Origin: Vicugna vicugna
Taxonomy: Eukaryota
NCBI GenBank assembly: GCA_013265495.1
Contig: MU061579.1
Coordinates: 606,872 to 670,871, forward strand
Length of the DNA: 64,000 bases
Reading direction: 5' to 3'
Below are positions 49,726-63,300 of the stretch, one piece after another. Within the stretch, counting starts at the first letter, position 1, and each line of letters opens with the position of its first letter. The notes below the pieces were generated by a model. That model had not been told where the DNA came from and searched no databases. It saw only the letters and a list, made by a program, of their open reading frames with translations. The translations under genes and the position numbers were made by a program.

Positions 49726-52700
49726 AGTGTAACTATATTGATCCAATAATTTCAGTAATTCCACTTAGAGTTGTATATTTTAAGAAGTAATCAGAGTTAG
49801 AGATAAAGATTTATAAATAAAAATATTCTTTACTAATATATATTTAGTAGATTAAAACATGGCAATAGCCTAAATATTCAATCCTTGGAAATTAATTTAA
49901 TAAATTATGGAGTAACTATAAGATGTAATGCCAAAAGCCAAAGATAATATGATTACTTAATGATGTGGAAAATGTTCAAAGATGATGCCCAAGTTGGACA
50001 GTTTATTTGCTCAAGAGAAGTGAAAACACATTTGAAGACTTGTACACAATTATTCATAGCAGTTTTTTGTAATGTCATTTCCACTCCCTCCTCTGGACTG
50101 GTATTTTTTCATTACATAAATGGATCCTGAATAATGAGTTCATGGAACAGGTCTGATGTTAGCAAGGATTTTTAATCGCATGCATAAAATGAAAAAACTT
50201 CTCCCACTAATGTGTGAAAAATATAGATCATACTCTGCTCAATGAGAGTTCATAAAGCTGTCTTAATGGTAGAGCTGTCCTCCTTTCCTCATTCTGTCAA
50301 TGATGTTTCAGAGTAAAAGAGACGTCGAGAGGTGATACCATCAGTGGAAAGATCACCAAACACCCTGCCAGGCCCAATTCCTGCTGGAAGAGGCTGAGTG
50401 GGGAGTTCACCCCTTTGAGGAATCACAATGGCTTGGCATTGCACAAGGAGCTTAAAGATTTTATATAAAATAATTCTTGAGCTTATGTTTGGTGCGCCCT
50501 AGCGTGCAGGTACCACACGGGCCATTTCTCTTTTTATAGCCTCCTGGGACTCATTTGTCTGGGACTATGGAGACTAAGGACCCTATATTCCCGTGTGCAG
50601 GCAGTGGATAATCCCTGAAGGGATGGAGTGGCTGCGCCTGTACACTTTGGAGCTGACTCTGTCGGTAGAAGAGTAAAAATGACTGAGTGACCTCCGAGGA
50701 GCTTCTTAACCTTGAACATTTCATTTTCTAAGAGGCAGGGACTACCTAATTAATGAACTCTTGGGACTTTTGAAAGTGTAAATGAGTGGGTAACTTGATA
50801 AATCCAATAAATTAACTTTTTGTGATGGTGGTAATGACATATTGGCATTTTGCAAAAGCTCATTTGTTAACGACTGGTGAAATCTTAGACATCATTTCTC
50901 ACTCAAATTTCCCATCAATATCTCGTCAAATAAAGGCCACAGAAAGTCTGCCAGATGCAAAGTGGCCTTCGTGGAGTGAGTAGATTGCCTTACGAGGTTC
51001 TGCTTTAAAGGAAGTCTTGCTTTTGAATTTGCCTGTACAAAGCTGACATTGTTCAACCTGTTGGTTTAGTGCTCAAATAAAGCACAGAGTTGTGAAAACT
51101 CACTCTCTACCTCTGGAGTTTACAGTAGCTGTTTGGATGGTTACCTGTTCAGGTTCTGCAGTTACCTTAGAAAGAATTGGAGCATCGCAGCGTCAGAACC
51201 CACAGTGCAATCCCCAAAATACTGAGGTCATTTTTTTTTCCCAGTCTTCATTTACAGATATAAAGGTACAATTCGGATTTTCAGAAAGCAAAGTGAAGTG
51301 GTAACAAGATGCTTTATAGATGAGTGACCCAGCCCTTTTCATAGACTACAGCTGTAGAAATATTACCCACCTCCCCACATTTGAGATTATAACCTATAGA
51401 TGTAGAGAGTGTGTGTGTGTGTATTGATAGTAGACTCATACTGAGGAAAGATCATCTAAACTCAATGTCTGATGTATCTTCCTTCTAGAACAAAAGAAAA
51501 AAATAAATGAGAGACTTATCGCATAAAGGTTTTCAACCTAACTGGGAAATTCTATTTATTGATATAGAAATTTTGACTTTAGGATGAAAATAATTTATGT
51601 ATTTCACAGTAGAAAAATTTGGAATAAAAAATATGGGTTGTTGAATAATATCACTTTAGTTTCTTGTTTCTGCTTCTGAATAGTTCTTTCTCTAAAGAGC
51701 ATGGATAGCCCTACCACAAAGATAGCTCAGAAGTGTGAAAGTGATTTGAAGATAGTAAATAAAATGAAAATCTGTAATTTTCTCTTTTAATTACATGGAA
51801 AAAGAAAGGGCACATGATGATTCCAACTGAATGAAAAAGAAAGCCTTATAACTCATATTTTTTTAAAGTCTGACTGCAAAGATCTATGATATTTGCATAT
51901 GAATTCCCTTCAACTTGCAAGATCTCAGTTTGTAAAGTAAACTAGGAATAGAAAGAAACAGTGAAAAACCTTGCTTCTCAAAAAATGTTCTCTTTTTATA
52001 AAATGACTTTGATAATATTTTTAAGAGGACACTATTACTTTCTGAGCTATTGTTTGAAGAAGTCCACTGAAAATCTATTATTTAAAATTGAGGACTTTGG
52101 GGCTGTATTGTACTTTCTGCTTCATGGATAATACGACTCTTTCCTTTATCCGATATTCTTTTCAGTGAGAGACAGTTTACATTTATTACATGTAAGTTTC
52201 AATTGCAGTTCAGAAAACGTGTTCTTTTAACAGCCCTTGTTTCTGAATAAAAACCCTTTTAAGGTGTCCTCGCTGGGCTGTACCTCTGTAGACTTTCTTT
52301 CCTTTCACAAAATGAGCAATATATATTATGAAGAAGAATTATATTTTTGGCTTCTTGTTCATTTTACCATATTTTTCATTTGTGGATATGAAAGGTGTGC
52401 CCCTCTTTCCTAGTTAATACAGTAAGAAAATAAAAGCTACAAACATCAATACAGGGCAAAAATAACCTTATTTTCTATATACTATGGAGTTGACCTGAAC
52501 ACTCCATTAAATAATTTCTTAAGGAAAGCAATTATCTCAAGCAAACAGCACAATGATTTTGAATGGTCTTAGTGGGAGATTAGAAATAAGCATAAATCAT
52601 ATCTTTGTACCTATATATTTACCTCATGAAATCTAATAACTTCAATTATCAGGATTTTCCTAATGTTCTTTTCTAAATTTGTCATACATGAAATATGAAG

Positions 52701-53059
52701 TATTTAATAATTTCTTTTTAGCCCCAAAACTAACTTTAGGATTTTTAAAGGATACAGGTTAAGTGATTTCTAATATGGAATAACTCATATTGAAAACAAT
52801 GTAACGAACATAGGAGGCATGTAGTCATGCAAGCATTCTGACAGTTTATATATATTTTGGTCTGAACCATTGTTTTCTGTAAAATTTAAGAAAAATCCTA
52901 CTATTTGAATTTTTGGCCAAGTGATTATTGGTAAAAGTGTTTGGTACAATAATAACACTGATTCAACCACAGTTTTGTTTTCAAATATGTTTAATGTGAT
53001 GATTGTAACAGTTTTGATGAAAATGAAAAGGTAGGGTATCAAAGTGTAATGAGCATCAG

Positions 53060-53265
53060 TTTCTCAGGCAGAAGCATCTGTGTATATTTTCCACTTCTGC
53101 TGATGCAAAGTTGTACAATATTAGCAAACTTAACTTCTATAAACCTCATGTTTTAAGTGGACAGAATAATGCCTACTTCTCATTATTGTTGTGATGACTT
53201 AATGAGTAAGATGATGGGTATAAAGTGTACTACCTGCTCCCAGAAGATATAAAAAGGATGATGAT
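53060..53265 (+). mobile_element. MIR SINE
   Basis: ttagcaaacttaacttctataaacctcatgtttt...aataatgcctacttctcattattgttgtgatgacttaatgag. Confidence 0.6.
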
Positions 53266-53269
53266 TATT

Positions 53270-53703
53270 TGTCACAGAGACATGTTAGCTCTTTGTCAAA
53301 TTCAGTTTTCTTCCTTTTAGGCAAATAGATAGACAACATTTTCCAGCCTCCCTTGCATTATGGGGTGACTGTGTCGCAGAGGTCCAGCAAACGGAAAGCA
53401 AGCAGAAGTGACATGCATTTCTTCCAGGCTTGGCACATGGAGACCCCCCCACGGAGACCCCCTACATGGGATTTTCCATATTCTTCCTCATGCCATCAGC
53501 TTATGTAGACAAACTATGTGCTGAAGGTGGGAGAGGTATGAGATAAAAGAATTTGGGGTCCCTCAATCACCAGCTAGGGAAGAAAACTGCTCAAAAGCAC
53601 CCATTTTGGATTACAAGTTAAAAATAAAATACCATATATTGCACATTATCTATTTTTGTGCCTTTTTTTTTGTTAGAGTAGCTAGTGTTACCTTAACTGA
53701 ATG
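53270..53703 (+). mobile_element. MaLR LTR (MLT1H/I-like)
   Basis: cattttccagcctcccttgca...gcagaagtgacatgcatttcttccaggc...tttgttagagtagctagtgttaccttaactgaat. Confidence 0.75.
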
Positions 53704-56700
53704 TGTTGTTATTAACAGTGCTATTTACTCTTTTCAACATGTCAATAGAAAATAAAGAGTGGAATATGAATTATCATTTATAGCACAAATGCCATGCTGC
53801 CAAGTGCCACATCCCAGATTCTCCGTAGACTATATTCCATATCATATCTTTATTAAAGAGAATTAGTAACAAGCAAAACTAATTTTGGTTAACAAAGTGG
53901 AAAGCCAACTTTTAGTGCAATGATATTAAGTAACTCAAAGAGTCAGCCGAGGCAGCCTGGCGAACCAATGTCAGAATATAGAAAGACACCAAGTGAAAAA
54001 TATGTGACGATGGGTGTCTTTACCCTGTAGACAGTCTGAAGGGGATTCTGTCCTTGGCTGTGTGCGATGAGGTGCTTCATCATTCAGGGGACACTGACGC
54101 TCCTGCTGGACATCATCCCTCCGAACTGTTACAAGGCTTCTGTCACTAACACTAGATCCAGAGCCCCCTGGGAACCCCCGGTTGACTGAGTCAGTGCCAC
54201 GGTCCAGTGCATCAATTCACAGTTGTTGAGGAGAGAGAGTTCTGGCCCCCTTCAGCTTTGCGAGTAGAAGGCAGAGGCTTCTCCTTCCACACATTCACAT
54301 ATTTGAAATTTTTAAAAGTAAAAAGGCAGTTGGGGTTCTAGTAGAACAAAATCAAACTCAAAAGAATGCTGCAGGTCACTATTTTGAACTCTAAATATTT
54401 ACATACATCATTTCTCCTCTTTCGTTCCCCCAAATACGCTCTGTCCTAACTAACTCTGGGGTAATGAGACCTGGACTCACCTTCCCTCCACAGGGGGACA
54501 CACAAGGTTTCCATCAATATTTACAACCACATCCAGGAAATCTTTATTTTTGGCAACTTATAATCAAAAATCTTAAAGGTTAATTCCACCAATGCTTCTC
54601 CCAGTTGATGTTGGGAGAGGAGGGAGGAAAATAATGGAAATCAGTTGGAGACTACATTCCTCCTTCTACAACTAGTCAATTAGCCAAAGTCGATTAGCTC
54701 CTCTGCTGTCTGTTTCACATTTTCTTTCCTGCCAGCCATCACTTCAACTGGTTGAGAGACTCCTTAATGCACTTTATATTCAAAATCTGTATTCCCTGGG
54801 AATATGTGACTTTAGAAGCCCTACCTGAGTGTGTGCTCTGGTCATCCATTAGCTTCTCTCACTCAGTGTGGAGGGATCAGGAAGCATTGAGCGGGTTTGT
54901 TAATATACTCATCTTTGATTCGTAGCATAGATCCTAATTCACTTTAACATTGCAAGGTTTTTTTTTTTTTTCCCCCAAAGCCCATGGACCATGGTGCTAG
55001 CAGAGGCATTCCAAGTAAAATGGACTTAAGCATCTATCCCATCAGAGATGAATTACTCCTCTTCCATGTCTGAAGAGGTCTAATATAATACATATGCACC
55101 TGTCGTCATTATGGTCCTAATAAGTAATATTTACACCGTGTACCAGGCACTGATCCAATACCCTATTCAGTGGGGGATTGCAGTCGTCTCCATTATACAC
55201 TTTTGGACTCACACTGGAGAGTGAAATCGTTTGCTACTGCTGACAATTAGCATCAGTTTTGTACTTCAAACAACAGGCGAGTCAGTCTAGCCTTACTAAG
55301 GAGAGGATTATCATTGAATCTGTTCATAGTCCGTCTCCCTTTCCCCCCATTGTGGCCCTTTTTGCTATCAATTTCATTGAGAAAATGTTAGGTTTGCTGA
55401 TTCACATCCCCAGGACAGTTTAAGTTGTTGCACCTGGTAAGTAAGTTTCTGTGTTGGTTAGAGCTAATGGTGAATATTCGCAAATGATGCATGTTCTTAC
55501 TCTCTGGCCCCATTCCAAAAGGACCTTCTATGAAATCTTCCCCAAAACTTCTTCTTATTAATAATTCATTCTTGGTCCTGCAAAGCCCTTGGTTATTTTT
55601 ATAAAAATTAACCTCCCTTCACAAATTGCTGTAGATTCTAACATATCAATTTTCTTCCTGGAAAAGTGAAAAAAAACCCAAAAAAACAAAAACCCCCCAA
55701 AAAACCAAGACGTACTTCTTGCTACTCAGCCCATGAGAAGTTTCAACAGTTCTGTTTTCTTTCTAGGGTATTTCTGAATGCTACTGAACTACGTTAGCTA
55801 CTGTTTGCTCTGCACGTGCATTGATTAACCAGATTCGCGCTGGTTTTTTTTTTTCCTGAACTTTATTCAAACGGTGAAAAGGGAACTCTCCATGAGATTA
55901 TGAAGGTGGATTGAAGGAAAATCAGCACTGGCAGCAGCAGGCCAGATGACAGGATCAACTCTGTGATCACAAAATACACATATGACTTCAGTGCCTGCCC
56001 AGACCCATTCCTCGTATGCCTGTCACTTGAAAACGAAATCGTGCTGGTTACAGCTAACTGATGGGTCAGTGGAAGAAAGAACAACCATTGATGGCGGCTT
56101 GGTCTCCATATCAATTATTTCTTTTCTGTCAGGTTCCACTAGTTAATCAAGAGCTACTTCTTACAAGAAGAAGAAAACCAGATTGCCATCTGCCCTAATT
56201 CAGAGGCTCGCTGTAGGCTCCATATGACAACAGACTGCAGAAGATACTTTGAGCTTCATGGAAACTAATAACTTAAACGCGGCTAGTGAAAGAGTTAATG
56301 ATTTTGGAAACTAGTCCAGCCCATACATCTTCTCTTGCTGCGTACTCCACTCACGATTGGAAACTTTCGGGTTTTAAATGAGCAAGAACAGCACATCCCA
56401 AAGTAGCATATGTTGACTCTATTAGCATCTAAAAATAATTATACAGAGAAATGATGTCATTTTCAGGATATATATGCTGTTTCATGGTGAAAAAAGAATA
56501 AAAGTTTAGCCACACTAGGTAATGGATCTTTTAATTATCACGCCTACTCAGTTTCTATAGCTATTGCTACCGCATTTACTATACCTAGTTATTTTATTAT
56601 TTTTTTTATCTTTTTCTTCTTTTCTCTGAAAGTAGCCAAACCACCATGTAAAGCCAGATGCAGGTCTTCTGCCAGATTGCTTCTAAACTAAGACAGGAGG

Positions 56701-56917
56701 TTTTCAGTGTCGTAGCTCTGAGCCCCCATGCTTCACATTGCTAAGACACTGTGAGGGTGAAACACACAATTCCGCACATTCCTGTTTAACTCAATCACTG
56801 CCATAAATGTAAGCTTTCTTCAAGTAGTACCTCTGACCTTATAATTCTATAATTGTGTGCATATATCCTCAAGGACTCAACCCTCTCCCCTCCCCTCCCA
56901 CCTAAACTACTCCAGTG

Positions 56918-57314
56918 TGCCCGTGGCTAGGGAGGCGTCTTTGTGTCCCTTTTCAAGCACTGAAACCTTACATTCAACATGATGATATTTTGAGGAGGGG
57001 CCTTTGCGAGGTGATTAGTTCCTGAGGGCAGAGCCCCCATAAGTAGAATTAATGTCCTTACAAAGAGGCTCTGGAGCGCTTCCTGGCCCTTTTACCACGT
57101 GAGGACTCCGGGACAAGGCGCTGTCAGTCTCGCACCAGATACTGACCATGATCTTGGGCTTTTCAGTCTCCAGAACTGTGAGAAATAAATAATATTTGTT
57201 TGTGAGCCATGATCTTGGGCTTTTCAGTCTCCAGAACTGTGAGAAATAAATAATATTTGTTTGTGAGCCACCCAGTTTATGACATTTTTATAGCAGCATG
57301 AACAGACTAAGGCA
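56918..57314 (+). mobile_element. MaLR LTR (MLT1A/MST-like) with internal 61-bp tandem duplication
   Basis: ggggcctttgcgaggtgattag...gagggcagagccccc...ctccagaactgtgagaaataaa...tatagcagcatgaacagactaaggca; flanks ccagtg / cccgtg. Confidence 0.9.
57146..57270 (+). repeat. perfect 61-bp tandem duplication
   Basis: 57146-57206 identical to 57207-57267, with cca repeated again at 57268-57270. Confidence 0.95.
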
Positions 57315-60300
57315 CCCGTGGAATCCTGAAATGCAATCAGCAACCTCCCCTTGATTCTTCAGCATTTGGCAGTGCACTCCTTGGCCACTGCTCTGTGCGC
57401 CCCTTACACTCAACTGAGAACGTGTTGGTTCTGCTAGACAAACAGCTGTCGTTGAAGCCCACCGAAGCAAAATATGTTTATTGTCACATATTTCAGAGAC
57501 ACCAGAATCAGGAGTTAGAGCCACCACTCCATTCAAATGTCCCTGCAAATCTACACTATTTGGGTTGGAACTTCAGCTTTACAAATAAAGTCTGCAAATG
57601 ATACTTTTTTTTTCTTTAAAAATGTTCTCAGTTGATATTAAATGCATCAGAAACTATTCTGAGGCAAGACACTAAAAGTATTTGTTCATTAAACATGTAA
57701 AGAGGACACTGAAATTTAGGTCATGGTTGTACAAATAACATACTGGGATTTTAATTGGAAATGTAATATGAGTAGCTGTGCTGTTAACACTCCCAATTCG
57801 GAAATGAATGAAAATATTTTAAGAGAAGTTTCATGGAAAAAAAATCAAACATATCACTTTGGCTTGATTAAAGGGAGCTTTCAAAAAATAAAAAAAGTTT
57901 CCTGGATTGGCCGCTATGCTCATTTTGACTCCTCATGATTATCAAGATATTCTGGTTGCATTGAGTTTTTGCCTTCTCACTGCTTCTGCTCATTTAAGCA
58001 CCTTCTCCAGCATGTGAAAGGAGAGAAATTAAAACTCTAGTCAACCTGGCTTATTACTTACAGATTTATAATAAAATCAAAACCCAAAATGAGTTCTTGC
58101 TATTTGTAAGTTTCGTTTATTAAGGAATCATTTACTTTAACACATAATAATAATATAATAAAACTAGACACAATAAGAAAACACTTTGCCAGTAATTTGG
58201 CATCACAGCACTTTCTTATAGCCCCATTCCATGCGTGGTAGGATCACTGAAATAATAATTGTTTATAGCGGTAATAAGTACAATTTGAATTGAAGTCACC
58301 ACATTTGGAGGCACACACACAAAAATGCCATTTTTCAAAAAAAAATCATCTTAAGGTTGTTCTTCATCCTGTTGTTTGTTGTTGTTTCACTTTGTGTTTT
58401 GGAAGTTAGTACAATAAAGACACAACAAAAGCTCCGGGTTCCTGGAAATGGTTAGAAAACATTAATTTCAGCAGTTAATGGGAATTCAGTATGACCAGCT
58501 ATTTAATGTTATTCATTAGTATTTATTTGTGTTGCTGGTTTGACTTTTACATTTGGAAATGCATCTATGAGGCATTACATTGCAATGAATTCTCTGCAGA
58601 AACCTTCATAAATATTCTTTATAGCATCTTTGTTTGCATTTCCTTCAATTGCACCAATCTATCCTTGTCCTATTCCCTGTACACTTTAAATTTATTCATC
58701 CAAAATGGAATACAAAGCCTGTAAAACTTTGAAGTCTAAGTGTTGCGATAGGAGACTTCTTTTAGCATCTTTCTCCTATTATCTCATATTTTTCTTACTG
58801 TTCCCAGTCAGAGAAGTTCTTTCTGCTTTACATGTTTCAGCCGTTTCTTCAACAAGCTAAACTTAAATATTAAATTTAAATATTTATCATGGCATTAATA
58901 TTTTTAGCACTGCCGTGTGCTAAGTGGCTGATGCTGGTGTCTGTGACTTGTTAGGGATGTTGACTCCTTTTGATCTTCCAGATCACATCTAGTCTGAAGG
59001 CCTTCATTATTATTAATTTAGTGGCTCTGGCTGAGAACTTTGAATCAAATTAGTTAATGAAAAATTAAAATGTAAAGGTTACTGAAAATATTCTGTCTTG
59101 TTTTCTTTACTTGGTTGAAAGGGATGAGGAGAAATTTTGATATTTCACGATAGCTAGTGCTACATGGCGTGGTGTGTCCTACATCTACTCAGATGAGTTG
59201 GACGTTGTGATGGTTCATCTGTGATGGTGCAGTGGTTCCAGGGGTCTATGACCTTGGCATTTGGATTTGTTCTTTCAGGGGTAAGGGGCATGAATTATGT
59301 GTTTTCCCCTCCAAATTCCTAACGGCTTAAGGCCATTCTGTTTCAAAGTGTTAAACCTTGGGGGACCTGGAGCTGGCTTATTAGCAATTTCAGGTGAGCC
59401 AGAAGAACTAACTGTACGTACTTTACAAATCTCTGTAACATTATAAGGATACTATATAACATTATAAAGATGTTATGTTCTAAAGTGGATCATAATGTTT
59501 ATATTTCAAAAGGAGACCTAGTAGAACATAATGAGATGAATTGAAGTTTTAAGGGTGTTTTTTGTTTGTTTGTTTTTTTAACATAGCATTAGGGGCATTT
59601 GTTCTCACATATTCGACCCCTCCCTTTCTGATGTGCTGCACCTGTAACCGCCCTGACTCAGAGTACACTTACCTGAATATCCGGGAAAGGAGAACTTCCT
59701 TTTGGTAGAAGGGAGGTGATTTTGCTATTAACTTGTTACCGTATCTTCTTCCCTATGATTATACTTCGGGGAATTCTATGGCTTGGATGCTCTCCTTTAT
59801 AAAAGAACACAAAATAGGAACCAAAAGTGAACGTACCAGCAGTCCCCTCTGGTACTCCTCTCTGCCTAATGCTGCATTTGGGGAAAGTGATATTTTTAAC
59901 AGTTCAATGGCAATAATAATATAAAAAAACCTCCACTAAAATCCAATAAAAAGCCCACTTAATAGGAGTATGGTGTGAGGGGTAAGAAAGGGTTTTTGGG
60001 AGATACTCTCACAAATTTTAATATATAAGCAAGACACCAGCCTCCATTGTCTTTCACTAGGGGTCTGCAATTTCAATAAACAATCACTGACTCTTACGTT
60101 TTTGTTATATCAGAGACAACACAAAACCGCTACACATATTTATCAAGCAAGATGTTGCACCATAAATGACCCATCAGTGTTTCTATGAACATAGAAACTG
60201 TGTCTAGCATGTTCAATTAACCCCAAATTTTAATCCAAGAGAAACAGCATTTTGATAGCCTTTCCCACAAACCTAGCCCTCAATTATGCTTGTGAAGAGC

Positions 60301-63300
60301 AAGCACGATGCATCTGTCAGGTCCGTTGCTCCATGTGGATATTTTAAACTGTTTTCCTCAAAGGTGAGGGGAGTGCAAGACACTTAAGCGTCTGTGGTCC
60401 TGACTAGTACATACATGGTGAATGCTCACAGTCTCAAGAATAATTCTTTCCCCGAGCATTACTCTTCTGAGAAATTGTCAAAATGTGCTTGAATAGAAGT
60501 CATTTCTTTTATTGTTAAAATCGCATGCTAAAAACTGTGAGCTACATAGCAATTTCATGTGCAACCGATTGCCAGTAAACAGTCTTGAACTGTAAAAATA
60601 TCACTGGTACAGGTAAGGGGCTTTGGATTTTGTTCTTGTCTGCTATTTAGCATCTGAGGGACGGTCAGCTCTCAAGTAAGCATCTGCACTATAAAACCAT
60701 ATTAATAAAAGAGTAAATAGCATTATGATTATTGTTATTATCATTATCTTGTTTTAATCCTGTGTTGGTGGTTCTGGGCATAGAAATCAACAATGGGGAA
60801 TTTTTTTTTCTGTATTATTTAAAGTAAATTTTTCCCCCAATTTTTATTTAATTTTGTTTTCCAGAATATTTAAGATTCTATAGACATTAGGTATTTTTTT
60901 TTCTTTTCAATAAACGTGGACTTTAGGAGGATGTATACTTTACATAAATTTTACTTATAGTGACAGAAAAAGTCACAAACTTCACCATTACCTCACTGTT
61001 TACTAAGTTGATCAGATAGCACAACCACAGCCCCGCTCTAATCCCATCTCCGAATAACAAACAAAACAAAACAAACAAAAAACAGAGGAAAAAAACATTA
61101 CACAGAGATACATGCTTTACCCAATTGAATTTACACCCAGCTAACAAAATGTCAAAGCCTGTTTATCCTGAGCCATGTTTGTTATTTCAAACAATACAAT
61201 TTTTAAAAAATGTTTTTTAAATTTTTATTTTGTGATTCACAATGTTGTATTAGAGCATGTGGAGGCACAGAGTAAAAATACTTTTTAAGCGTGACAATCC
61301 CCCATGTAAGAAAGGAATCTGAGTGCGTGTGATTTGCACTGTCCTTAGAGAAAGGCAGATTGCTCAGAGCAGTGCTTTATGAAGACAATCATTTGGCATC
61401 TTGATGGTTTGTCATACTGCTTAATCTCTTCTGTGGGTCAATTTGATTCAATGGAACATTTCTGGAAAATGTAACTATCTTCAAAGGATCTAAATAATCC
61501 ATAGACACTGGAGTTGTGACATATGCTAGCATTAAGGACTCCAGTCATTGCCTAGACAAAAGTAACAGTAAATATATCCCTTAAAAAGCACTTAAATTAC
61601 CCATAAAATATAGATGTTATCTGATATACTCTCAATTACAAACCAGGGGTTTGATGCCTGTAAAATGACAGATTAATTTAAGAGTTCTTAAGATGTTCTA
61701 ATTATAGTTATAGCTAGTGATTACAGCTAACAATTATAGAGCCTTTTCTCTGAGACAGAAAAACACACTGGCATATAATAAATGCCACAAAACTTCTAGG
61801 TATTATTATTGTCGTGTTTATGATGATTATTCCTATCTGAGAGTTCTTTGCATTCTATCAAGTCTTGATGTTTTTCATTTTCCCACTCTTCATCAATTAT
61901 ATTATCTTATTCCTATTTCACTCTCTCTCCTTTAACCCTACAAGGTAATTCCTGAATAAAACACAGCAAGAGACATGGATTTACTCTGAAATTAATAAAG
62001 CATCAATTTCAGGGCTCCACTCAAATGGACCCCTTCCAAAACCTTGTCAGGACCTTAGCAATGAGTGGGTTGTGTTTATTTGCAAGCTCTTTAAAATACA
62101 GCATTTTAGCTGATCAGTTAAGAATACTATCCCCTACTCCAAGTTCCCTTTATTTTCTGCTGTCAGAGTGGTCTTGGGATATTTTCTCCTTGATTAAAGT
62201 AAAGAGATGTTGAGTTGGAGATTCATTTAATTTAAATTTAATAGGGTATGTTTACGTGGTCCATGTATGCATAGTCGGCTAGCCATCCTGGTATAGGTAT
62301 GACTCCTAAGAACACCTGTAACAGGCACTGTGTTGATTCAGTATATTAAGACTCTAAGATTATGACCTGAGGTGTAACTGCAAAGTACATAGCTGATGGA
62401 GAAAAAACAAAGTTGGAAATGTCCAGAGGCAGAAGTTCTTGAGCCTTCTCCAATCATCAGACATGTAAGATAATAAGTGACCAATTTAGTTACATTAAAT
62501 ATCTAATTACACAGAAGTTCTTTTTTCGATAGAGGTTTTCCTGGTGTGATAGCATTTTTTAAAGTACACATCTCATCTACAGTAGAATTACAAAGCTGAA
62601 GGAAATTTACCACGTTTTGTTACCTCTAAAAAAAACACAAATTTTGATCAGCCTCAGAAGAGGACAGTCTACATTATCTTTGTATTTTAAGTGTAAAAAA
62701 CAAGGTTGTAAAATCATTTGAAGAAGTAATCCATGTACAGCCAAAGAGCTGGGAAAAAGAGAAGTGCCAGTCAGTTAAAAAATAATGTTCTTTTTCTGTG
62801 TTCTGTCTTTTGGTATTTGCTATCTTGTTTGTGTATTTGCAGTTTTCTCAAAGGCTGAGATATCTGGCCTTCTTGGAATCCCCCTCCAGCATTAATGTGT
62901 TTTATTAAAGATTGAGGTTGGTAACCACAACCAGAGAACAGTTTTTCTCTAGTTGTGAACCTCTTTGAAGAGGTTGTAAAACAAGAGCCTCTCTCTTTGA
63001 CTTGAATTTGGTTATAATGGGCAGCCTATCTATGCATGAAGTCCAACTGAAACTGAGACCAAGTAATTACCTGTGTTCCCCTGAATTTACCATAGGACAT
63101 TCTGTTCCTAACTACTGTTTTAAACCTCAATACCTAATGTCAGTGAGGAGATACTCTCATTAGGAGCACACATTGTAGACACTTTGAAACTATGCGTGTT
63201 CAAAATCTCAGTCCTACAAATATTTGCCTAAAACCAGTTAGAACAAGCTTGAGTCTGTCAGGCCACAGGAGACGTAAGGGTATATAATCACGGGCTGGCA

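Noticed and set aside
59437..59478. Imperfect 21-bp tandem repeat (similar short repeats at ~53437-53470 and ~59206-59228)
   Set aside because: Two-copy slippage duplications of a kind common in mammalian DNA; no array or spacer structure.
165..62213. Most entries of the ORF track as genes
   Set aside because: They are short, often TTG/GTG-initiated and rich in F/L/I/K as expected from AT-rich DNA; many overlap repeats. Only the L1 ORF2 pieces are recognisable.
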